The notes under the pieces were generated by a model, which made no database searches, was not told the DNA's origin, and was given only the letters and a program-made list of their open reading frames with translations. 64,000 nt of DNA. Source: Chiloscyllium plagiosum (taxonomy: Eukaryota). The stretch is from NCBI RefSeq assembly GCF_004010195.1, contig NC_057750.1, forward strand, positions 14,095,265 to 14,159,264, written 5' to 3'. How positions within the stretch are numbered: position 1 is the first letter of the stretch; each line of letters opens with the position of its first letter. Below are positions 53,858-64,000 of the stretch, in pieces. Made by a program: the position numbers and the translations under genes.

Positions 53858-54192
53858 TGGGGAGGTGGTGGTATAGTGACAATGTTACTTGACTAGTAAT
53901 CCAGAAGCCCAGGATAATGTTCTGGGAACGTGAATTTGAATCCCAGCATGGCAGATGGTGAAATTTGCATTCAACCAAAAAAATGCTAGTCTAATTGTGA
54001 CCATATAACTGTTGTTGTAAATATCCTTCTGGTTGACTAATGTTCTTTAGGGAAGCAAATCTGCTTCACTAGCTTACATGTGACCCCAGACCCACAGCCA
54101 TGTAACTGACTCTTAACTTTTCTCAAGCAGTTAAGGATGGGCAATAAATGGCTTAGCCCGTCTTGCCCATATCTCATGAATGAGTAAAAAAG
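53858..54192 (+). mobile_element. tRNA-derived SINE of a second family (ATGAATGA-type tail)
   Basis: A/B-box-like head. Related fragments at ~5085-5190, 6940-7060, 26910-27060, 57500-57900 and 63830-63920. Confidence 0.65.
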
Positions 54193-57113
54193 AACTGCAG
54201 ATGAGAAATAGGTAACATGCTCATTTCTTGTAATTCAAAGCTGTATACCTCTAGGTTAATTAAGGTTGCAGCAGGTGACTGAAGCAATATCAGTGCAATT
54301 GCAGAGATTTCCAGCATCAAACAGATCATGGCTGCTCTCCTCAACAAGGAAAACTACAACATCCCTTTTCAGATGGAAATAATATAACAAAACAATAAAG
54401 GTCTGGCTTCACCAGCATTGCAGGCATATACCAATTGCAGGGCGTAATTGATTGCAACTATGTTGCCTTTACTGCTTCATAATAAGACCCTGGAGAATAC
54501 ACAAACTGAAAAGGCTTCCAATTACTGTGGCTGTAGCTGGTGTCTGACAACAGCTAGACAGTGCTAAAATGATCTGAGGATCTAGAGTCTTAAAATATGT
54601 GACTTTGGTAAGAGTTTGGATTCTGCATTGCATCTTAATGATTCTGGCTTCCTCATGCAGAGGAGAAGTGAAATTCAAGAAATAAGCTGTACGCTTCCAA
54701 GGAAGCTTGCCAGGAATATATAACAACACGTTGTGGCAAAACATTTTTGAGCAATCCAAAGATAAATGCTCGAGCTGATTCACAGCATATCTTAAGTATG
54801 TCATTTTATTTTGCATCAGGTCATATGACAACATGAGAAATAAGAACAAGAAAAGGCAAGTTGACTGCTCAAGCCTGCTCTGCTAGTCAATCAAGTCATG
54901 CCCTTAATTTCACATTCCCATCTTCCTGCCATAACCATTGTTGAACAAAATTTCTTTCTTATTCAGCCTTGAATGCATTCAGTGGCTCAATCTCTCCAGC
55001 TCTCTGGATACAAAATTCCAGAAGGTTAACAATCCTCTCAAAAAAAATGCCTCATCTCCGATTTATATGGAAAACCTTTTAATTTGAAACTGTGATTCTT
55101 AGTTCTAAATTCCTCCTTGAGAGAAAACATCTTCTCAGCATCCACATCTCCTCAGGATCTTAGACAGTACATAGAAATATAGAAACCTTCTTTTGGTTCT
55201 CCCATTCAACTACATTATGGCTGATCATCAACCTCACTGCTACTTTTGTGCATTATTTCCATATTCCTGGATGCCATTAGCCTCCAAAATCTAATGCCAA
55301 ATCCAATCCAAGATGTTTTTTAAGCATGCAGCTATATCATATTTAGAGTCCTCAATGTGTTAGGTTTTAACCTGAGATTGTTTGATTGATTTCTTGTATC
55401 TTCAGTAGTGAAATTTCCAAATGTCCATGAGTTTTTAGTGAATGGACGTTTATTTGCTTCATCATTAGATTCTGTTATTCAAGCTAAGAGAAACAAGGAG
55501 AGAGAGCAAGCCTTCCAGTTCTGCTGTTACAAATCCATTTTCTTCTCTTTGCTCCACTCTAAAAGGAGTTCCTGCAATGTAGCTCCTTTGTATATTTCTA
55601 TGTCTAACTTCATTATATTTTTTCAATCCATGTAATTTGCAGCTAACTCTCATATGAATCTAAATAATTGGTTTCATTCATTTTGATGCATGTTAATTTT
55701 TGTTCAGGCTGATTCTTGTTTATTGATAATTTCATGAGATTTGGCTTAACCTGGTCAGATGATCACTATGGCATCTTAATTCTGATTTTCCCTTTTTAAA
55801 ACCATTTTAGTCCATGAAAGAACCCAGATATCAAAATTAAATAATGGAAGTGAAAATTTATGGTCTCTTTTTACTACTGAAATTAGATTAGACTAGACTG
55901 TTACAATATACTTTGGTAAAGCATTTTTGGACATTTTGAGACTGTTGATGTCACCACATAAATGCAAATTTTTATTTTCTTTCTGGGGTGGGAGATGATA
56001 ACTTCATATGATCCGCTCTCTGTTAAACTAATGTCATCCGTTGAAACTATGAGCTCAACCATTACAGTACTCCTCTTGGAATACAAGGAAAACTCTTTGT
56101 AACTTGGACTTAGACTTACATAACTGCAAAGTGCTCACAAAGAGAAAGATTTTCTGTCTTCACCTCACTCTGTCCTCCTTTAAAATGCTATTTAAAACCA
56201 ATGTCTTTCACCAGATCTTTGGCCACCTTTCCTAATATCTCTTTACATGACTCAATGTACAATTGTGCTTTAATAAGACTCTTATGATTTTGGGACTTTT
56301 AAAAACATTCCTGCTACATTAAAGTTACTATATAAATGCAGGTAGGGGTTATTGTAGCACAGTGGTAGTGTCCTTACCTTGAGACCAAAAGCGTGGCTTC
56401 AAGTCCAAACTGCTCCAGAGATGTCCCATAACATGTCTGAACAAATTGATTGAAAGTATTTATCAATTGCTGCTGTAAGTCATCATAGATTTGAGGTAGG
56501 TAAAGTGTGTTGCTCTGATCACATGCTGATGTTGAACATCTATTTCGCTCCAATGCAAACCCTGTTGTATGGCTAAATCCACCTCCATAGCATTGCTGAA
56601 CTTCACTGCTGTCTCAGGTTATCTGCTGCCAAAATTCTCCTGCCTGTCTTTGTCACTTCAAGAACAAACACAAACGTCTGGCAGCATCTATAGAGAGACA
56701 AAGAGTTAATGCTTTGTGTCTGGCATGACTTTTCTTCAGAATTCCAGCATCTGCAGTATTTCGTCTTTGTGATGTCTAGACTTGACTTATATCAAAATGC
56801 TCCAAGGTATTCATTTTGATGTCATCCAAAGTACTGCTAACCATGTATTAAGTAAAACCACACCTGTTTCTCTCACACCTCTATTCTCACTGACTTATGT
56901 TGGATCTAGGATAAGCAAGATCTTTGTTTTAAAAATTTGTTCTTTCAAGATCTTCCATGATGTTCCCCCATCTACTTTTGTAATTTCCTACCACCTAGTA
57001 ATCCTGAGATATTTGCACTCTAATTCTGGACTTGTACATTTAATTGTTCCAAGGCCTGTGTATTTCGTTGCTCAGGTCCTAGCATACCCTTCCCATATCT
57101 CTCTGGCTCTCTA

Positions 57114-57325
57114 AAATAAAACAAGAAATGCAGATGTTGGAGATCAGAAATAGCTGGAGAAATTCAGCAGTCTGGCATTATCTGTGGGAAGAAAGCATAG
57201 TTAACATTTCAAGTCCAGTGATTCAGAGTTCTGATGAAGTGCCATTGGACTCAAAATATTACTTCTACATTTTTTCTACATATGCTGCCAGACTTGCTGA
57301 ATTTCTCCAGTTATTTCTGTTTTTG
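57114..57325. mobile_element. Older Penelope-derived hairpin element
   Basis: Inverted arms with a ctgatgaag core remnant. TSD TCTCTGG(C/T)TCTCTA at 57100-57113 and 57326-57339. Confidence 0.7.
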
Positions 57326-58054
57326 TCTCTGGTTCTCTACTTGTCCTTGTTAATGTGCTCTTTAAAACCTACCTCTTCTGGTCATCTGACCAAATATTTC
57401 TTTATGGGTTTCAGTATTATACTTGGTTGTATTCCTGTGAGGTGCCTTATATTTCACTCTCTTAAAGTCACCATCTCAATCTATCTTGTTTTACATTCTT
57501 TCGTGAAATGTAAGCATTGCTATCTAGACCAGTATCTGTTGTCCATCCCTAATTGCCCTTGAAACTCTGTGGTCCAATCCTGTGGTGTTTGGTACAATGA
57601 AGTGGGGCCATTTCATAGGGCAGATAGAAGGCAAACACATTGTTGTGGAACCAGAACCTCAATGTGAGCTACAAATCTTCTCAAAACTCTCTTAGACCTG
57701 TGGATCTGGTGCCAAATGTAGGCCAGATTGGGTAAGGACAGCAGATTTCCTTCCCTAAAGTGAACCAAATGGGTTTTAACAAAAACGAGTTACAGTTTCA
57801 TGCCACCATTAGCCTTCGTTGCGATGATGCATAGGATTTTTAAAAAAAAAATTGAACTTAAATTCCACCTGAGCTTGAGATGTGATTTTAACTCAGGTCC
57901 GCCTTCATCAACCTTAAGTACTGTGTTACGCCAGTTATATCACTACCCTGCTTGATGTTACTTATGATTTGGAGATGCTGGTGTTGGACTGGGGTGTACA
58001 AAGTTAAAAATCACACAACACCAGGTTATGGTCCAACAGGTTTAATTGGAAGCA

Positions 58055-58089
58055 CACTAGCTTTCCGAGCGACGCTCCTTCATCAGGTG
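58055..58089 (-). ncRNA. Minimal hammerhead motif (stem II closing pair mismatched)
   Basis: Reverse complement reads cac-CTGATGA-a-ggagc(gtc)gctcg-GAAA-gcTA-gtg. Confidence 0.5.
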
Positions 58090-58443
58090 ATAGTGGTGGG
58101 CTCAATCCTAACAGAATTTATAGCAAAAATTTAGTGTGATGTAACTGAAATTATACATTGAAAAATTGATTGTCTGTTAAGCCTTTCATCTGTTAGAATA
58201 CAGTGATAGTTTCACTGCTTTCATGTGTAAATCACAAAACCTTTTTTTTAGAAAAAGGTTTTTTTATAAATGCAACTTTTTTTAAAAAAGGTTCTGTGAT
58301 TTACACATGAAAGCAGTGAAACTATCATTGTATTCTAACAGATGAAAGGCTTAACAGACAATCAATTTTTCAATGTATAATTTCAGTTACATCACACTGT
58401 AAATTTTTGCTATAAATTCTGTTAGGATCGAGCCTTCCACAAT

Positions 58444-58478
58444 CACCTGATGAAGGAGCGTCGCTCCGAAAGCTAGTG
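58444..58478 (+). ncRNA. Minimal hammerhead ribozyme motif
   Basis: cac-CTGATGA-a-ggagc(gtc)gctcc-GAAA-gc-TA-gtg: intact core, 5-bp stem II, palindromic AGCT in place of stem III, 3-bp stem I. Confidence 0.65.
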
Positions 58479-58599
58479 TGCTTCCAATTAAACCTGTTGG
58501 ACTATAACCTGGTGTTGTGTGATTTTTAACTTTGGTGTTACTTAGGCATCAATGACTTATTCCTGAATGGCAACGTTATCGTTGGAACCCTAGGCGCTA

Positions 58600-59150
58600 T
58601 ACAAATACACGATACTGTTGTCCATTTAAGCTGACGCTTCGCTCACCAACCGCCAAGCGCGCGACACCGCCTACACACACGTGCACTTCAAGTCCTCCTT
58701 CTTTTTGCCGTCTCGGTCTCGACCTCAGCATCGCAAGGTCATGTGGGCCCTTGTGGCCGCCAATCCACTCTCGGTCTCAGCCATCGGCGAGCCCCACGTG
58801 GGCTCAGGACGCGCCCATTCGCGTCCTCTGCCAATCGGCCGTCGATCTCTTCCCACGAGCGCGCACGCTCTGCCCAATAGCATGCGGCAGTGGGCGTGGC
58901 ATGGTGGCGCGTGGCGCCGGCCGGTCTGTCGCGCCGGCTGTCAGTGTTAGTTAAGCTCGGACTGCGGACAGAGAGAGAGCGCAGGCGGGCGGGGGAGATA
59001 GAGGCAGCAATCATGGCTGAGGGGGGTGAAGGAGAAGAGGAGATCCTCTTCCTTCGAACAGTAAGTGCGTCCATCGATGCAATCGTTTTGCACCGCGTCT
59101 GCTCGGAATGTATCTCAGGCGGTGTGCCTGCGGAGGCAGAAGTGGTCAAT
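58600..59150 (+). promoter_or_regulatory. CpG-island promoter / 5' UTR of the ryanodine receptor gene
   Basis: Strongly CpG-rich non-repeat segment. CCAAT at 58760, 58831 and 58874; CACGTG E-boxes at 58678 and 58795; GC box GGCGGGCGGGGG at 58984-58995; no obvious TATA box. Confidence 0.8.
59013..59060 (+). CDS. RYR: Ryanodine receptor, first coding exon (paralog uncertain, RYR1-like tentatively favoured); gene continues beyond the window
   Basis: ATG at 59013 (gcaatcATGg) encodes MAEGGEGEEEILFLRT, matching the vertebrate RyR N-terminus (e.g. RYR2 MADGGEGEDEIQFLRT). A canonical phase-0 donor ACA|GTAAGT follows at 59061, the position where RyR exon 1 ends. The exon lies in a CpG island. Confidence 0.93.
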
Positions 59151-60969
59151 CTGTGAATGCTTATGTTTATCTAGAATAAATGGCATAATTGGTAGAAAGG
59201 TTTAATCATTTCTGATTTTTTTTATTCTGTATGAGTGAAGTAAAGAAGTAAGCTGTGGCGCTTGCAAATAGCCTGCTGTACTCTTCAGAATTATTATTGA
59301 ACTTTGCAGTGACTCAGATGCTGCACGATGCTTTGCACCCCAAAAAAAAACATTCTGACTCATACCTCGCTATATATAATAATTGTCATTTGAACTGAAT
59401 GTTATAAAGCCTGTGGTGGTATGACAATAGACGGCTAATTATTTCCTCAAGACAAAAACAGAAGAGTAGAAACTGAATGATATTTAAACACTTAAACGCA
59501 GCCTTTTCTTCTGAACGGGGTTTCTTGATATTGGCTTAATTCCAATAACTTGTGTATTTTCATTTACTTATTTATACACTGAAGTTCATCATCTGATATA
59601 ACAACAGGTGCTGTTTTAGTGACCAAGTGAATTTTGACTTTTGGTGAAGTGAACGCCAGTCAATTTGATTATGCATTTCTAAGACTGGCTATGTAAAAAC
59701 TAAGTTGTCAAAATTTATTTTTTTAAATTGTCAGCAATACCTTTTTTTGTAGTTTATTACAGTATATCCTCTACAATAACTTGGAGTGTGTAATCAGCTT
59801 AGTGTTTGATCATTGTGGCTGGCTGAAATTTGTAGTGAATTTAATCATTATGGCCTCCTCTATGCCTAATGCAGATAATTTCTGAAAATGTGAGAAGCCC
59901 ATTGAAAACTTCTCTTTACAATAAACAATCATTACATCAGTGTTATTGTAAAATGCAAAAGGCTAACTGTAGCTACCCAAAATTTGTAGTTTCTGAACCT
60001 ATACATTTTTGTGACTTGAAATTATTTTTTACTGATTTGTTTTCTATGTAAAATCACGTCACAATCAGAAATTTATATTTGATGTATTGTGTAGAGTACA
60101 AACATTTTTTGCATTAACTATTTCAAGTTGCAATGCTGAGGATGCACATTCTGTGTTATATATAGTTGGTGTAATAAATCTGCCTCTGTCTTTCTGCTGC
60201 TTTCGCTGTTCCTTACTGCTGCTGCCCTCATTCTGATGTCAGTTTTATTCTGTGATTTATGGCTTGCGCGGAGACACATTCTCACCAGATTTATAAATGG
60301 AAATTAGATCTGTGGCCATTAGAGGACCCCACTCTCATTAAAAATGATTTTTCTGTTTTTTACAAAAAAAGTTCACTTTCTCCTTTTCTTATCCTTTTTA
60401 ATTTCCCCATATTAGTTGGGTATGTTTCACAGGAGAGCTGCTCGCCTCCCTCAGGTGGAGTTTTCTTTGTCTAAGTTGTGGCAGGATATTAAACTGCAAT
60501 GAAGAGGTGGCATCACAAATGGCCCAAATCCTTTCTTCGATTGACTTTCACACACACGTAGTTCCAACAAGGGCACTTGAACAGCAATTAGGAGCAGATA
60601 TCCTAGCCCATTTTATCCAGTCCAAAAAAAGACTACAGATGCAATTGTGGCATTCCTGATGTTGCTCACTGGTATCAGTTAATTTGTTGCAAATCAGTTA
60701 TTGAATATGGGATTTTAGTCTACACAGCTTAATTATTTACTGGATAAATGTAATTTTAACTATTAAACAAATCATCAAGTACAATTTACCCATGTAGAAA
60801 ACCTGTCTAAAATACAACACAAACCAAGGAACCTTTTTATTCCTTGGATTGATATTGCCCATAATTCTTAATTATTAGAAGTTGTATCAAAACAGATGTT
60901 TTGGTTTAGAAGTAGAGTAAACTTATAGTTAAAGGTGTTTGATGTGTTGTTATTTGGCAGAAAGTTAGA

Positions 60970-61262
60970 TCATAAGACATAGGAACAGAAATAGGCTGTT
61001 CAGTCCATTTGAGTCTGCTCCACTACTCAGAATATCGTTGAACTGCTGATTCTCGACTCCTTTCCTGCATTTTGCCCATAATCCTTGATTCCCTTGCTGA
61101 TTAAAAACCTGTCTATCCCAGCCTTGAATATGCTTAATGACCCAGTTTCTCTAGCTCTCTACCCTCTGAGAAAAGAAACCTCTCTTCATCTCTGTGCTAA
61201 GTAGGTGACTCTTTACCTTGAGACTATATCCTTTGGTCCTAGACGCTTGCACAAGGGAGGGA
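60970..61262 (-). mobile_element. CR1 3' end
   Basis: cataagacataggaacagaaataggc tail. Confidence 0.65.
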
Positions 61263-62019
61263 AAAAAGGTTCCTGGTGAAAATGGCAGACACTGTTTTTA
61301 AAATAAAAATCAAGATGAATATTTTTGAGTTTCTCATTCTGCACTGAGATCATAAACACTAAATAGGACATAGGGAATGTGCATTTTTTAATCAACACAA
61401 AATAACAATAAATTTGGAAAACATCTCTAACTTACTTTGAAAGCTTTGTAAAGTACCAATTTCATTTTTTTTTTATTCTAAAGCTTTCAAGATACTATAT
61501 TGACAGTACTTATCAATATTTACTGTCAGCTTGGTTTGTAGAACCATTCTTTAGTGCTTTAAAGCTTCACTCCACAATTCAAATGCATGATCTAGGCCAG
61601 CACTTTCTTTCTTCCATACAGTAGGGAATCTAATCTAATACTGCATGGTTTGATATTTCACTTCGTGAATAAGATGTTAAAAGTTTTTTCCATTCCGATT
61701 TGTATAAATATACTCAGTGTTATTTGCTTTTATATTGAAGAATTATTTGATTCACAACTGAAGCCATAAAAATAGGTTAGCAGATCATTGAATCTGTTGC
61801 TGTTTTTTACTGAGTAAGTTGGCCCATGTGACAACTGTGATACATTTCAAACATATTTCATTGGCTGTGATTTTGTTGTGTTATCCTGAAGAGACTAAGT
61901 TATCCTTAGTCACTTTTATATGTTCACTTGTTACAGAATTGGAACCTAATGTTGGCTTCAACATTAAACACTCTGGTAAACAGCTCAGTTTTTATTAATA
62001 GTTTTTTTTTAGAAATCTT

Positions 62020-62652
62020 AAAGCAAAGATAGATAAATCCCCAGGATCTGATCAGTCATAACATTGAGTATAAGCGTTGTGATGTCTGGTTGTCACTGTA
62101 AAAGACATTGGTGAGGTCACTTTTGGAATATTGTATTCAATTCTGGATGCCCTTCTATAGGAAGAATGTTGTTTAAACCCAAAAGGGTGCATACAAGGTT
62201 TACATGATGTTGCCAGGACTGGAGATTTCAAACTATTGGGGGATGCTGAATAGGCTGAAGCTTTTTTCCCCCCCTCAGCATCAGAGACTGAAAGGTGACC
62301 TTTTTATAGGAGTTTATAAAATCAAAATTGTGAATACCCAAGGTCTTTTTCCTAGAATGGGGGAGTCCAAATCTAGAGGGCATAGGTTTAAGGTGAGAGT
62401 GGAAGGACCATGCATGAAACTGTTACTTTCAAGTCCTAAAGTCTTTAATAGGTTGGTGTGTGTATGGAACGAGATGCCAGAGGAAGTTGTAGAGGCAGGT
62501 ACAATTACAACATCTAAAAGGCATCTGGATAGGTATAGTAATAGGAATGGTTTAGAGAAATATGGACCAAGTGCTGGCAAATGGGATTGGGTGAGATGGG
62601 ATGCCTGGTTGGACTGAAAAGTCTGTTTTTGTGCTGCATGACTCTGTGACTC
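62020..62652 (+). mobile_element. CR1 3' fragment
   Basis: LVRSLLEYCIQFW; VCVWNEMPEEVVEAGTITT. Confidence 0.85.
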
Positions 62653-64000
62653 TGAGTGGAAACATATGAGTACAAACTTTGAATTTCGGGTTAACCAAGC
62701 AATCTCGGCAACTTTATTACCATTGCTTTTCTCTTTTAAGAAGAGCAAAATAAAGTTAGATTACTTAGTATGCATTATCATCTTGTAAGATAAGCAGAAT
62801 AGATGCTAGAATGATGAAAATATTTGTGAGACACCTCTGTCAACAGATTAGTATAATCTGGACCTAGGTGCTGTCTGTCAACTCATGTTAAATTATAGTC
62901 CCGTTTGCTTTCTCAGGTAATTGTAAAAACTTTGTGGTATTATGTCGAGGAAGTTCTTGTTGATGTAGCTAAAATAGTTTATCTGGCTGTTACTTCACTG
63001 TTTTTGCCAGATGTCACAATGTGCAAATTGACTAAAATTCTGAAGTACTTCATTAGCTCTGAATGGTTTGGCCAGCCTGAAGTTATGATGGGCAATTATA
63101 AGTTGAAGTCTTTCCTTCAGTTTTCTCATTGCGCAGCTAACATTTTGTAATTAAGGCAATAATACATGAATTACATTCCCAGATCTGTCTGTTCTAAGTG
63201 GGAGTGCTACTTACTACTAATCATGCTTGGTAGTACAGCACTCGAGTATTGCCGAAAAACAAAGACATAAAGTTGAAGATTTTCATCTTAAAATCATCAG
63301 GACAGTATCACAAGACTACCAAATGCCAGAGGGACCAACAATTTATGGTACATGAGAAGGGGATTGTCAACTGATCAACACCGTCTTATGCTATGTTACT
63401 TATTGTTTTTGAGATTTAGTATTCTTCTGACTCTATACTGATGCGTGCAAGATCGAAAACTTCAACTTTGTCTTTTCTTTCAGCAATTATTACTAACTCA
63501 GAATATTCTGTCACATTCCATGACAATTGAATCCAAAGATTCTCTGCTGGAGAGAATTGAAATTGCCTTTTTTTTTGGAAAAAGATACATATATCACTTT
63601 TAGTTAACAAAACTATATGTCAAAAATTGATAAAAGCATGGCATCCTTCAACTTTATTATTCAAATATTCAGGATATGACTCCACTTTTGGATTCTGTTC
63701 ATAGGTGTTATTACACATCTCGAGTAGGTGGAATTTGTACCTAGGCCTCTTGACTGAAAGGTAAGGACAACACCAGCACTGTATCACAAGAGTCCCAACT
63801 CTGCTTTTGGAATCAGTTTTAATGTCTGCCATGGCAGGATTTGAACCTACATCCTGAGAACACTGGTCTGGTTTTCCAGAATACTAACCCAGTTCGTTAC
63901 TGCTATGCCACTGCCTCCTCCACCAATTCTGCTTTTGGATATTTACTGCCCTAATGAAGAAAATCTGCAAGCAGTTCTACTCAGTTGCGTTTATCATCTT

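Larger units (their letters stand above)
57965..58535. mobile_element. Fold-back (palindromic) non-autonomous element, probably Penelope-derived, carrying two opposed hammerhead motifs
   Basis: 57999-58534 is a near-perfect inverted repeat folding at the T/A run near 58265. Unpaired ~34-nt left tail. TSD TGTTACTTA at 57956-57964 and 58536-58544. Confidence 0.8.
59061..64000 (+). other. RyR intron 1 (5' part)
   Basis: Starts at the GTAAGT donor. No exon 2 (expected DDEVVLQC...) was recognised before the window end. Confidence 0.75.

Noticed and set aside
58739..59156. Overlapping ORFs across the CpG island
   Set aside because: These arise from stop-poor GC-rich sequence. Only 59013-59060 matches a known protein and ends at a splice donor.

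Overview
Repeat-dense vertebrate genomic DNA. HE1-type SINEs and their partner CR1/HER1-type LINEs point to a shark, probably a carpet or bamboo shark (inference). The only host gene I can support is at the right end: a CpG-island promoter and first coding exon (59013-59060, MAEGGEGEEEILFLRT, then a GTAAGT donor) of a ryanodine receptor, with intron 1 running off the window. The ~58 kb upstream is a nested transposon mosaic: CR1 LINEs, SINEs, a Gmr1-type Gypsy element (integrase before RT) split by a 3.3-kb CR1, solo LTRs with 4-bp target-site duplications (TSDs), and Penelope-like elements (RT + GIY-YIG). The most notable pattern is a series of Penelope-derived fold-back insertions of about 0.15-2 kb. 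They share roughly 9-18 bp TSDs, an unpaired ~30-37 nt tail on one side, and minimal hammerhead-ribozyme cores. One is a ~535-bp near-perfect palindrome with two opposed hammerhead motifs abutting the RyR promoter. All calls are by eye, so boundaries are approximate.
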